Assembly (NCBI GenBank): GCA_964016885.1
Contig: OZ024744.1
Location: forward strand, 46,252,001-46,316,000
Reading direction: 5' to 3'
Length of the DNA stretch: 64,000 bases
Source of the DNA: Eledone cirrhosa
Taxonomy: Eukaryota
In this document: piece after piece, positions 28,421-41,599 of the stretch
Numbering within the stretch: the first letter of the stretch is position 1
How the letters are laid out: each line of letters starts with the position of its first letter
Translations under genes and position numbers: made by a program
Notes under the pieces: model-generated
What the model was told of the DNA's origin: nothing
The model's input: only the letters and a program-made list of their open reading frames with translations
The model's database searches: none

Positions 28421-31186
28421 ATTATCCCTTAGCTTCTGTCTCCCCCACTATAAACCCTTAGAACCCTTCACTATCACACCTTAGTAGCTACCATGTCCCC
28501 TTCCCTATCACTCTGCTATTCTCTCCATCACTACACCTCCTCGTTTCTGACATTGGTGAGTGCCACCCCCACTACTTTTGTGTTCTCATTTTCATGGAAA
28601 AAGACAGGAGACAGGTGAAGAGGACCCTTCAGTGGTGTCAAAGACAGGACAATTTTCCTAGTGTTGGTGATCTACACGATAAACACACCCACTACATGCT
28701 ATAAAGTTGGTGCTAGGAAGGGTATCCAGCCATAGAAAGCTTGCCATACAAAGTGCTGGGAGGACCCTTCACTTGTGTTAAAGACATGAAAACCTCTCCT
28801 GTGCACTTGATAGTATGTGAGATCATACATAAGAGAGATAACAGACTACTAACCATCCTGGAAGGTCAGCAGCCATGTATCAGTACTGACTTAGTCTATC
28901 TATACTCATCTATCCCTTACTAGCAAGGTAAGCAGACATTAAAACGATGATGATGATGATAATATATATGTTTTTGTAGTGAAAGAAATATTTTCCCACA
29001 GTGTTCTCTTATGGACATGGCCACCAAGAAGTGACCTGCGACCTCACAGAGAAGACAACAGATATATTTTCTGGGGGCTAGGTTTACAGCACCATTCCTA
29101 CAAAGGAGAACATATTCTGGGGCCATCTGTTATTTATCAAAAATAACTAGCTGTCATTATAAATAGGCTGTCCTGTGGTCCTAACTCAGTCATATGCCTC
29201 TTCATATAAACAACACAGCTCCCTTGCCACTGCTTACTACTACTTCTGCTGGTACATACTGTCTGACTACAACATGTCAATTTTTAATCAAACATAGCAT
29301 ATTAAACAAAGATTCTCCAGCACAACACAGAAGCCTTATTATACAACACTATATTCATTTGTAAATATTACAATCAAATATTATATTTATGATTTTGAAG
29401 TAATCAGATTTTTTTACCTTTTTGCTGAAGTGAAGTAAACCTATATATCTAACCAGAATTATTGGTATTTGTCTTGTTTATCATCTTTCATAACAACCAC
29501 TAACTTCCCTTCATGTCTACACACACACAGCCAGATGTGTACTTCTGTTAATTTAAAGCGTTTAAAATTGAGTTGGCTGCTATTTCTAGCACATCGAGTA
29601 ACAAAGTAAGAGACTGCTTCGTTGATATGTAATAATTATTTTATTGGGTGATGTTTGTTTTACCAGGTGTTGGACAGTAGACACACTGGAGAGAAACCAT
29701 GGGAAATATGTGGGAAATCTTTTGGTATGGACATGTGATGCACATGAAGGATGACATCTGTATAAAAAGGTACAGGGAACTCGAGGCTGTAGGGTGCCTC
29801 GAAAGAGGAAGACCTAGGCAGAAGTAGGATGTAATGACAAAAGGCCAACCTGGCTCAGCTGAACCTCTCAATGGAGATGACACAGGACTGAGATCTCTAG
29901 TACTACAACATACAACAAAGGACTAGAGTGAACCTCACGAGGTGCAAGGCATGGTGCAACCAATTGGCCTGACATCCCTCATAATGGGACCTCTCAGCTC
30001 CCAAATCACGGTCCCCCTGTGAGCAGGGTACAGCAAGGCCAGCTGGCCAGACATTCCCCATAACAGTGCCACCCAGTTCCACACTGTAAAAGTGGTGGGT
30101 ACTAGGAAGGGCATCCAGCCACTACATAGTCAAAGCATGAGAGGACTGAGAGAGAAACTAGGCATAAGACAGATCAGATGCAGTGTGCAAGAGAGGAGAT
30201 TGTAGTGTTATAGGGTGTGTATGGAGGGTGACAGCTGTATAAATATATTTAGGGCTCTCAAAGTTGATGGTAGCTCTGGAAGAGGAAGACCTAGGAAAAC
30301 TTGGAAGGAAGTGATAAAAGCTGACCCCACAAAAACTCTCAAAGGAGACGACACAGTATTGAGATCTCTGGATCATGCTGTACTGCAGAAGACCTGCCCC
30401 ACCTCCCATGTGCACAAAATGATATGAAACAAACATGTAGAGTACACACTAAGCTGCACCAATCCTCTCCCTACACCTCACCATTCACCCAGTCCACACT
30501 GTAATGTGGTTGGCATTAGGAAGGGCATCCAGCTGTAGAAACCAAACCAAAATACAGATCCATGTGAGCAAGACATGTTCACATGACCTGACATGTTTCA
30601 TAACATGACACCATGTCTAACATATCAAGTGTAAAATAACAGACGTTAAATGATGATTATGATGATGATGATATACACATACATATATATTTGTATGTAT
30701 ATATTTGTGTCTGTGTATACAGAAATAATATATACACTACTTAATTATATATATATTCTCAGACCAGGTGATGTGTTGTTTCCTTGAGCAAGACACTTTA
30801 TTTCACATTGCTCCAGTTTACTCAGCTGTAGAAATGAGATGATAGGACTGAGGTCCCTATCATTCCACTGCAAAGTGGTCGTGGAGGTGCCACGGCAAAC
30901 AAAGCACCCAGCACTCACTGTAAATGAGGTTGGTGTTAGGAAGGGCATCCAGCTGTAGAAATAAAGCCAGAATCAGTTCCCATCCCACCCTTGCAAGCAG
31001 GGAAAAAGCGGACGTAAAATGATGATGATGATATATACAACATATCGAAATAAATCAAATAAATTTAACAAACGACTGAATCTACCAAAATAGAATATTT
31101 TATTTATTTATAATTTGGTGATAAACAATATTTTTGGTAAAAGTAATTCTTCTCTTTTTTACACTTTCTTTCTTTCCATCCTTTTT

Positions 31187-31267
<81 letters not shown>

Positions 31268-31501
31268 CACGCAAGGGTATAAAGTGGTAGTATAAAGTGA
31301 GAGTTGCTGCCACAATAAATTACATCTTGTTCACTCTGCAAAGTAGTCATGAGGGTTCCACTATAAAATGCACCCAGTCTACTCTGTAAAGTGGTTGTCA
31401 TTGAAAACGTCACCCAACAATGTCTGGTCTCGTTCCATGACAACAGAACCCATCCAGCTAATGTTAGAATGGAACACAGATGATGATGATGATGATAGAG
31501 A

Positions 31502-31704
31502 CTAGTTTTCCTTTAGATATTGACAATGAAGAACCTCAAAACATTCTGTCATCTTTAGAGCTTCTTTCAGAGTGGCTATGGTGCATTTTTCTGGTTTACA
31601 AATTTCACACCATTTGAGTATCATTTGAAAAGCCTGTTTGTCAATATCACTATAGTTATGTTCAATTTTGTTCAGTATATAAGCTGGAACTTCTAATTCA
31701 ACAC
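31502..31704 (-). CDS. Terminal coding exon of a Death-domain-like protein
   Basis: Acceptor tattttacAG; phase-1 exon translates (G)VELEVPAYILNKIEHNYSDIDKQAFQMILKWCEICKPEKCTIATLKEALKMTECFEVLHCQYLKEN* with no internal stop. Confidence 0.75.
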
Positions 31705-32189
31705 CTGTAAAATATAAAACAATTAGAAACCAATACTATAACAACAATAACAACATTAATTAGATTAGTTATATAAAATTTGTATACCGCAGGTTGTTGT
31801 AAATAACAAAGTAACTAGCTGTAGAGTAATAGAAATAATTAACATAAAAATTCTAAAACATTGTTGTTTGTTTTCAAGGATACCGACAAAAATAAAGAAG
31901 TTGAAGTGAGGAGAAGAAAGAACAAGATTAAAGAAAATAGACTTGAGAAAATTATGGCAAAGAAATGGCAGAAGTTTTTGTATTGTCAGAACCGGTTCAG
32001 AATTTAAATATCCAACATTGATAACCAACATTCACAACTTGTCATCCATAGTAATGGTTTAAAGGATGAGATTGAAGACCCCTCAATAACATCACAAGAT
32101 CAGTGTTTGAAATAGTCATGTTTCTGCCTAAAATGTACCAAGACATCAATGACAAGTGACAAACATTTCCTCATCCTCGCTACTAAATT

Positions 32190-32430
32190 TAATGGACATG
32201 TTGAGTAGCACCAAGGTGGCTCTTTTGGAATACATGATGGCTAGAGGTATGGCTTGAGGGATCAAGACTCCTACAGTTCTGTAATGTAAATGACTTAGCC
32301 ATTTGCAACACTAACTTCAAGAAATCAGCCACTCATTTGATCAAGTAGACATACAAGCTAGATTAACTTTATTCTCATCAGAAAACAAATAGACAGATGG
32401 TTGTGAATATTAAATCTTTTTCCAGAGAAG
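32190..32430 (+). mobile_element. RTE endonuclease remnant
   Basis: FNGHV, NDLAICNTNFKK and DFILIRK-like coding remnants homologous to 42310-42530. Confidence 0.6.
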
Positions 32431-32444
32431 GAAGCCTTTGATAG

Positions 32445-32908
32445 AGAGTGTGGACGAAAGAAGACCAAAACCTTAACAATAAGACTACACCATCTCATAA
32501 GACCAAGATGACTGAAGAACGAAAGAGTAACAATCTCTATGATCACACCAGCCTAAACATATGGCCTCTTAGCTCTCCAGACCTGAATCTGTTAGACTAC
32601 TACATATGGAGGGTAGTCAAGAGGGAAGTCAATCAACACCTCCATAACATTATAAAACCTCTGAAGTCTGCTATAACTAGCACAATGTACAACATAAATA
32701 AAAATCAACTGATTCAGGCATGTTAACATTTCAGACCTTGTATTGAAGGAGTCATCGATACTAATGGCTGATTCATTGAGAAGATTTGTCAAGAAGACTC
32801 TCAACATTATTCATGGCAAGATATTTTAAAATAAAGCTCTTCTTTCATGACTCATGTAATTTTTACTAAATTCATGTAAATGTTCTCAAAGATCAAAGCA
32901 GCCCTGTA
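32445..32908 (+). mobile_element. Tc1/mariner transposase C-terminal remnant with right end
   Basis: IWPLSSPDLNLLDYYIW (WPxxSPDLNP motif); ends ..cagccctg|ta. Confidence 0.8.
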
Positions 32909-33609
32909 AATATACACATTTATAACTCTCTAGAAGACAACAGGGGTTAGCCTTGCAGGGGAGGGAAATGACAAGCTTCTCTACTTTTCCCTATCATCAG
33001 CATCTCTTCCTCACCCCTGGCCTTCATTTCCTCATCCATCATTTTTAGCTATGTCTTTCTTGGTTTTCCTCTTCCTCTATTTCCTTCCACATTCATTTTC
33101 ATCACTCCTCTCATCCAGTCCCTTTTGTCCTTCCTCAACAGATGACCCAACCATCTCATTCCATTTGTACATTTACTCTATACAAAGTCTTCTTTTTCTG
33201 TTATCCTGCTTATGGTTCTACTAAACCTCTTGTGTACTCTTGTGTTTACATTGAGTACCCTAACACCTTAAAAGGACATGTTGGATAATGTGATTGTGGG
33301 TTCTCTGAACATAAGAATAATGTAGGGTGGTCACACCTGGAACACCCTTCATTATAAATCTGCAGATCATGGCAGGCCCGATACTAAATAACAATAACAA
33401 CCTATCTGTAAATTGAATATGTTTCAATAAAAACAAACAAAAACATTCCCATTAACTCACTTGTTTACCCCAATACACCAACAGATTTTTATTCCCTGTT
33501 TTAGAAGACAATATTAGTTATATTGTGTCTTCTAATTTATCCATTTTTACCAATTCAGTTAAAAGTAAACTTTATAGAAATCAACAAGATACTGTAATCT
33601 TATACTCAC

Positions 33610-33681
33610 CAACTTCAAACCATTTTCTTCCTAATTGTTTTGCTACCTTCCATAGGACTTTCTCATTAAGATTTTGAGACC
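33610..33681 (-). CDS. Penultimate 72-nt coding exon of a Death-domain-like protein
   Basis: ttttttcAG acceptor and GTGAGT donor; translates SQNLNEKVLWKVAKQLGRKWFEV(G), in phase with exon 31502-31704. Confidence 0.75.
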
Positions 33682-34659
33682 CTGAAAAAATATTTCCAAG
33701 TTTTTTCATTTTAATGTAAAGATTTTCTATTCCTGTTTATAATCTATATTTTATATTTTCAGACATTCCTATCATCAGAAGTCAACTAGTGATCACAATG
33801 GCTTTAGTCAATATTTTCTCTTCTTGTTATATCATGTCATATCTGAGTATTTAGGCCCACAACAAAATATGTTAAACTTTATAAATATTTTCTATCTATA
33901 AAAACATCTTATATATTCTAGCAATGCTGTAATCATCTCATTCCACTATCTGCTGATTATACATTTGTTTTTCTCATAGCTTTGTCTTTCACTTATGCCA
34001 AATCTACAATATAGCAACATTGTCCTCTCATCTCTGTATTTCACTAATAAATATTCTGTTTATTTTCTTCAAGTTAGTTATCAAAGGCCTAGCCACAAAT
34101 TCATGATAGCCGACATGAAATAGGAGTAGATACACCTGTTTTCCTTGAGAAAGGTTGATGTTGGCAATCTTTAGTTTAAACTGACCACATCTGTGTTCAC
34201 CAGAATGTCATCTGATTCATGTAATATTTACAAATATTTACATGTCACGTGTCCTCCATAATGATACAGGATCTTATTGGTGAGCACTGATTATTCTATA
34301 CAGATGAGAAAGAAAGTGATAACAGGTGTCTTAAAACACTGTAAACTTACACAAATCCTCATTAGTTACCTTTAACAAGTCATCTTTACATTAATGCTGT
34401 GAAAATATCTGAAAGGGATCCATGAAATGACTCCAACATTATGAATTATCTCCTACAGACCCCTTATATAAATAAATCATAGTTTCTCAAATCTTTGCTG
34501 ACCTCTCCATCAATACAGTGGACATCAGTAGCGGGAGAAACCAGCTACCTGAAAATTTGAGGAAGTAGAAGTTACACCTGTCTTTTAGACATCTGTCAGT
34601 TCTAATAATGAGTGTTCCAATTGTTTGAATAACAGAACAGTTTACTCATGTAATTAAGG

Positions 34660-34980
34660 TGTACATGGCTGAGTATTCCATAGACATGTACACCCGTAGC
34701 GTAATTCTCAGGGAGATTCAGTATGGCACAGTGTGTGACAAAGCTGATCCTTTTAATTACAGGTACAGTCCATCTTGTATTACAGTGAGAGTGGCTGAGT
34801 ATTCCACAGACATATGTTCTCTTAACCTGATTCTTAGGGAGATTCAGTGATATAGTGTATGTGATATAGCTGGACCCTTGAATTACAGCAACAATAACGG
34901 TCACCATTATTATAATTCTCAGGGAGATTCAGCATAACAAAGTATGAAACAAAGCTGGCCTTTTGAATTACAAATACAAC
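34660..34980. repeat. Diverged ~125-bp tandem repeat
   Basis: tggctgagtattcca.agacat and ttctcagggagattcag recur two to three times. Confidence 0.65.
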
Positions 34981-35204
34981 TCATTTTCCCATCTAAGTAA
35001 ACTGAAGTAACATAAAATAAAGTGTCTTTCTCAAAGATACAATATGTTCCTGGGAATTGAACTCAGAACCTTATGATCCTGAGACAAACACTAACCACTA
35101 AATCAAGAATGGAAATATACAGACAGATTATCAAATAATTACTTACTAAATCCATCCATCGTTATTATAATCATTCCACATTGGGCACATTTTTCTAATG
35201 AATT

Positions 35205-36010
35205 ACAACAGCCCCAACAGACTCTGCCATTACTACTCTGCCATTACTACTACTGTCCTTCTAGCCCTTACTAGCCCCAACAAACTCTGCCATTGCTACT
35301 ACTGTCCTTCTAGCCCTTACCAGCCCCAACAAACTCTGCCATTACTACTACTGTCCTTCTTGCCCTTACTAGCCCCAACAAACTCTGCCATTACTACTAC
35401 TGTCCTTCTAGACCTTACCAGCCCCAACAAACTTTGCCATTACTACTACTGTCCTTCTAGACCTTACCAGCCCCCAAAAACTCTGCCATTACTACTACTG
35501 TACTTCTAGACCGTTCCCGTCCCAACAAACTCTGCCATTGCTACTACTGTCCTTCTATCCCTTACCAGCCCCAACAAACTCTGCCATTACTACTACTACC
35601 CTTCTAGCCCTTACCAGGCCCAACAAACTCTGCCATTATTACTACTGTCCTTCTAGCCCTCTCTAGCCCTCTCCAGCCCCAACAAACTCTGCCATTACTA
35701 CTACTGTCCTTCTAGCCCTTACCAGCCCCAACAAACTGTCATTACTACTACTGTCCTTCTAGACCTTACCAGCCCCAACAACCTCTGCCATTACTACTAC
35801 TGTCCTTCTAGCCCTTACCAGCCCCAACAAACTCTGTGATTACTACTATTGTCCTTCTAGAGCTTACCAGCCCCAACAAATTCTGCCATTGCTACTACTG
35901 TCCTTCTAGCCCTTACCAGCCCCAACAAACTCTGCCATTACTAATACTGTACTTCTACACTGTTCCCGCCCCAACAAACTCTGCCATTACTACTACTGTC
36001 CTTCTAGCCC
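35205..36010. repeat. 49-bp minisatellite, about 16 units
   Basis: Same unit as 16275-16630, with more copies. Confidence 0.92.
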
Positions 36011-38370
36011 TGCACCAAAGATTTCTTGTTTACCGTTATCTATGGAGGAGCGAAGGATAAATGGAACAACCCCGAATAAATAATGAATATTAATCCGCGA
36101 GTTACCAAGCACCCATGCGAAGCTTTAATTCAGAGACAGGAAGCATACACACTCCCCTGCAAAATGTCACCCTCTCCCACAAATGATGGCAAATGTCCAA
36201 AACTCTGAGTTGGCAGCATCAACATAAGCACAATGAAAGGAAGGAGAAATTATATACATGCTAGAGTGAAAGGATATTGACGTATGCTGTGTGCAAGAGA
36301 CTAGATGGAGAGAAGAGTCCACTAGAGTCCTTGTAGGCAAAAGTTAGTGCTATACATTTTTCTGGGTGGGAAATGACAACGGGATGGGTGGTGTAGGTAT
36401 ACTATTAGCTGACAAATGGGTAGATAAGGTAATAACCACACATAATGTTTAGCAGGTAATACTAGAGGGTGTCATACCAAAGGATTGGTTATCAGTATCA
36501 TCGTCAACTGCTACAAGGGTAAAAGAGATGCACTAGATAGAAGAAACTATAGAGGTATAAAGCTGATGGACCAGGTCATGAAAGTAACGGAAAGAGTCAT
36601 AGCACATTTGATCAGGGACTGGGTAAAACTAGATGTATGCAGTTTGGGCTTGCGCCAGGAAAAAGCACCACTGATGCCCTCTTCCTTGTGAGGCAGTTAC
36701 AGGTAAAGTTCCTAGCTAAAAGCAAGCCGCTCTACCTGGCTTTTGTCGATTTGGAAAAGGCCTTCTTAGAAAACTAGGAGTAGATTAGTGGTTTGGCTGA
36801 GAGTGTATTATCCAATTTAGCGGAGAAGTGTTTAGAGAGTGTTGTAATGTCGCCAGGAGGAACCAGGTTTGGTAGAAAGATATGATAGGAATATCGACAA
36901 CGACTTTAGCTTGGTTTTACATTATTTATTAACAGAGGTTGAGCTGGCATGCCACGAGAAATAAAACAAATCAATTAAGATTACAAGAGAAAATACGGTC
37001 GACTGGCTGAGGCGTTTAGCCAATTCCGTAGTAAAATTGTTGTGTCGTTACATATTGTTTGTGCTGGCGGAGCAAAAGAACAAGTGGTGTTTACGTTAGC
37101 ACGGTCTAGCTGGAAGTGATAGCGTCCTCAAATCTTTGCGGGCTATTTCTCCCTCAGAACGCGTAGGGATACATCCTCTTCTACTGGCGCTGATTGGCTG
37201 AGCTGAGCCAAATCACGCACAGAGAATGTATGTGAGCCCGCGGAATGTAGGTCACTACAGTGGCTTGTGAAAGCCGTACAAGCCATGTATAGGGGACATG
37301 TCAGTAAAGTTAGGCTTAACAATTACTATAGCGAGGAATTTAGCATACAGGTCGGTGTCTACCAGGGCTCTGTTCTTAGCCCTCTCCTGGCTATAACAGA
37401 GGAGTTTAAGACCAGATGCCCATAGGAACTCCTATATGTGGATGATCTTACATTTATAGCTGAATCTATGGCAGAACTAAAGAAACAGGCCCCACCAAAC
37501 TCTGGGAGAACTCTGTAGAAACAATAGACAGCTTTTGCTACCTAGGTGACCGAATAAGCAGCGGATATGGGTGTTCTGAAAGTACAGTGACCAGAGTAAC
37601 AATGGGATTGAAGAAGTTTAGGGAGCTACTGCCACTGCTAATTGCAAAAGGCTTTCCCCTCAAAATGAAAGGCAGACAGTATGATGTGTGCACACGAACA
37701 GCAATGTTACATGGTAGTGAGACATGGGCACTGTCTGTAGAAGACTTGCGTAGATTAGAAAGAAATGAAGCTTGCATGCTCCGATGGATGTGTAATAGTA
37801 ATATACGCGAATAGCAAAGCATTGACGAATTGAGAGAGAGACTGAGCATAAGAGGAATCAAATGCTGTGTGCAGGAGAGGAGGTTGTGTTGGTATGGACA
37901 TGTGATATGAATGAAGGATGAAAGCTACATAAACAGATGCAGAGCACTAGAAGTCGATGGAAGCCATGGAGTGGAGAGACCTAAGAAGACCTTGTATGAG
38001 ATGATGAAAGCTGACCTTACCCAATTGCACCTCCCGAAGGCGATGACACCGGACCGTGACCTCCGGCTTCACACAGTAATATAGAAGACCCGACTCCCCA
38101 CGGGTACAAGCCGACGCTGAAGCATATAGACAATATGGCCCCACTCCCTCCCACTGTAAAGTGGCTATGGAGGTGTCACAACAAAAAAGCAACCACCACT
38201 CACTGTGAGGTTGGTGTTAGGAAGGGCATCCAGCTGTAGAAATGAGCCAGAATCAGTTCCCATCTGAGCAAGGCAAGATCACCCTACCTGGCACTGCCCA
38301 AAACAGGACAACCTGTCTAACCCATACTACCGTGGAAGAATGGACATCAAACAGTGATGATGATGATGAT
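36010..38370 (+). mobile_element. Internally deleted RTE derivative, paralogue of 16630-18340
   Basis: Same endonuclease-to-RT deletion junction (gataaggtaataaccacacata) and the same 3' tail. Confidence 0.85.
36792..37259. mobile_element. Insertion resembling a solo LTR
   Basis: Absent from the paralogue (gattagtggcttgtg at ~17405); flanked by GTGG duplication; TGTAATG (36843) ... CACTACA (37259) inverted termini. Confidence 0.55.
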
Positions 38371-39194
38371 ATACATATATATATACACTATATACAGTAT
38401 ATATTATACACTATATAAATATATATATATACACTTATATGTATGTTTATATATTTATAAATATACATATATATGTATATAAAGATATATATACTCCTAC
38501 GTGTATACATCTGAAAATGTATGTATACAAACATTTATGTAAACAACATGTATACATATAGATGGACCATATATACAATCATTTATTTCTATACATACAT
38601 ATACCACAAGTAAGGCATGGTGCTGCCAACTAACCAGACTTCCCTCATAATGGATCAGCTAGATCCCAAAATACAGGCCTGCTAGCCAACATACAGTCCC
38701 AATAAGTGTAAGCTACAGCACAACTAACTGAACGGACTTGTCTTAAGACTACTCATTATCCCACTACATCTTTTGTATACTATATATATATATATATGTA
38801 TATATACTGTTTATATATATATATATACACACACATATAATTGTGTATTCACACATTATCTTAGTAATGAAATAATTAATAATTTTAGTAAATTGTTCAA
38901 AATTCTTCATTAACCCTTTTGGTAGAAACCCAGCCAAAATTGGTTCTCGTTCTATGGAAATGGTTCCTATCTAAATTAAAGTCTTCCAACGAAATTCTAT
39001 ATAACAACCATATGTTAAGTTACTATGTTAGTAATTAACTAACAATTGTGAGCGATAGCTCAAAATTAGTCATAATTAATTGAAATACAAGTTCATAATG
39101 ATAATAAAGTCTTCGAATAGGCTACGAGGCCGGTAAACCCTAAAGGTACGCAACTAACACATCGCTATAGCGTTTCACCAGACCCTTTCTTTCT

Positions 39195-39660
39195 CAATCA
39201 TTACACAGATGTGTGTGTATGTAATAATTATTTTGTATTGTGTGTCTATTTATGAATATGTAGATGTGTGTGTATGTAACACAGTAGATGTGTGTATGTA
39301 ACACAGTAGATGTGTATGTATGTAACTCAGTAGATGTGTGTGTATGTAACTCAGTAGATGTGTGTGTGTGTATGTAACTCATAAGATGCATGTATGTAAC
39401 ACAGTAGATGTGTATGTAACACAGTAGATGTGTGTGTATGTAACACAGTAGATGTGTGTGTGTGTGAGTGTGTAACACAGTAGATGTGTGTATGTAACAC
39501 AGTAGATGTGTATGTAACACAGTAGATGTGTGTGTGTATGTAACACATATGTGAGTATGTAACACAGTAGATGTGCGTGTATGTATCACACTAGATGTGT
39601 GTGTATGTAACACAGTAGATGTGTGTATATGTAACATAGTAGATGTATATGTAACTAAAG
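39195..39660. repeat. (gtgt)atgtaacacagtagat minisatellite
   Basis: Direct tandem repeats. Confidence 0.9.
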
Positions 39661-40509
39661 TGTAACGTACGTTACGAATGGACGACTAAATGATTTTAAC
39701 TTGTTTTTTAACAATTGATGGTGGAAAAGATTTTAAATTGTCTTAACTCAGACTATAAAGGGCCGCAACACATGGAGTCTGACACTCTTACCGGCTACAT
39801 AGCCTGAGCGTATATTTTACCGGCACCGGCTACATAGCTTCTTCCTAAAATCTTCCAACATAATTTTATACAAGAACCACATGTTAATTTACTAATAAAA
39901 TAATTAATAATTAAAAACTTTAGTAAATCCTTCAAATTATATCTCAGTAATGAAATAATTAATAATTGTTATAAATACCTCAAAATTCCTCATCAATTAA
40001 ACCCAAGACAGGTAATAATACTACCAGAGTCTTTCAGTCGGACATGAAACAAATTAATTTCTAATGGAAGAATAAAAGATTTTAAAGACTGCCAAGGGAG
40101 ATCACTCTCAGCGACTTATTGAAAATCTTGTTCGTGAATTAATCCGGATTTAATTATTCTGGTGTAATTTGTGTGGAGGAAACCGTGTTTACGCGGTGAC
40201 AGCGCGTAATTCACGAACGTATGGTTCGTGATTTCGAATCCCAGACCAGGCGGTCTGTACGTTGGGGCCTTGAACAAGACACTTTATTTCTCATTGTTTT
40301 ATTTCACCCAACTAGCAAAAATAATAAAGTTGTACCAGTAATTGTAGGGGAAAGTTGTTACACTGAATCTCCCTGAGAACAATGTCAACGGTACACAAGC
40401 CAATGAAATACCCATACACATTATAATATAAAATGGGTTCTAAATGTATTTTAAAAGGAGGCCATGTCACACCTTTTGTCTCGCTGAATCTCCCTGAGAA
40501 CTACGTATA

Positions 40510-40995
40510 TACTAGTGACTATCAGACATAGTGTATCTAGGACTACATTATATAATGTACAGTACAGTAGTTAGTATTAATGGCTACCAGACATACTTTA
40601 TCTAGGACTACCTTATCTAATGTACAGTACAGTAGTTAGTATTAGTAGCTATCAGACATAGTGTATCAAGGACTAGATTATCTAATGTACAGTAGTTAAT
40701 ATTAGTGGCCATCAGACATAGTATATCTAAGACTACATTGTCTAATGTACAGTACAGTAGTTAGTATTAGTAGCTATCAGACATAGTGTATCAAGGACTA
40801 CATTATCTAATGTACAGTATAGTATTTAGTATTAGTAGCTATCAGACATAGTGTATCTAGGACTACATTATCTAATGTACAGTATAGTAGTTAGTATTTG
40901 TGGCTATCAGACATAGTATATCTAGGACTACATTATCTAATGTACAGTATAGTAGTTAGTATTAGTGGCTATCAGACATAGTGTATCAAGGACTT
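40510..40995. repeat. ~60-65-bp minisatellite, about 7.5 units
   Basis: tatcagacatagtgtatctaggactacattatctaatgtacagtacagtagttagtattagtagc units. Confidence 0.92.
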
Positions 40996-41599
40996 TTTAT
41001 TAGTAGGAGTCAATTCTTTCTCAATATCTTTTTCTCACTTCTCTCTCCTTCTCCGGGAGGAATTAGTTGTGTTTAGACCAGGAGTCTAATGAATCTATAT
41101 GAATCCATACAATATCTGATTTCACTTGAAGTTTTATTCAGATCTCAATTGTGTTCAGACCTGGAGAGAGGAGATGGGATCCATCAGGTTTTAAAATATG
41201 TGCAACAAAGACTGAAATCCACTAGAGTACCCCTACGACTACCCCATGATTTACAGGTCCATGCAATATATATATATATATCTCCAAATAAATCCTTTGC
41301 AAGTACGAAACCTCAGAAAACGCCAACCCTATTCAGGCTAGGCTGTTAACACGGTGTAATGTAACGTACAAATATTTCTTCACTCTTCTCACCATTTTAA
41401 TTCCCTAGTCCATTCATCAATCTGTATCATTGCTCCCAGAATCCAATCTTTGCTTTTCTATTTGATAATTCTAGCGTGTTTTTCAAAACAAATCTTGTAT
41501 TATTTTTTTATGCTTGTTAAATTATGCCCAAAATACGGGGATCTTATTTAAACCTTATCCTTCTCGCTAACTACCCAATATCCCTCCCAGCCGCCCCCA

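Noticed and set aside
34130-34555. Candidate upstream exons for the Death-domain sequence
   Set aside because: Splice-like sites exist, but the frames contain stops or give no recognisable protein.
35205-36010. Regular repeats resembling a CRISPR array (also 16275-16630, 40510-40995, 27120-27330)
   Set aside because: Head-to-tail minisatellites without unique spacers, no cas genes, eukaryotic context.
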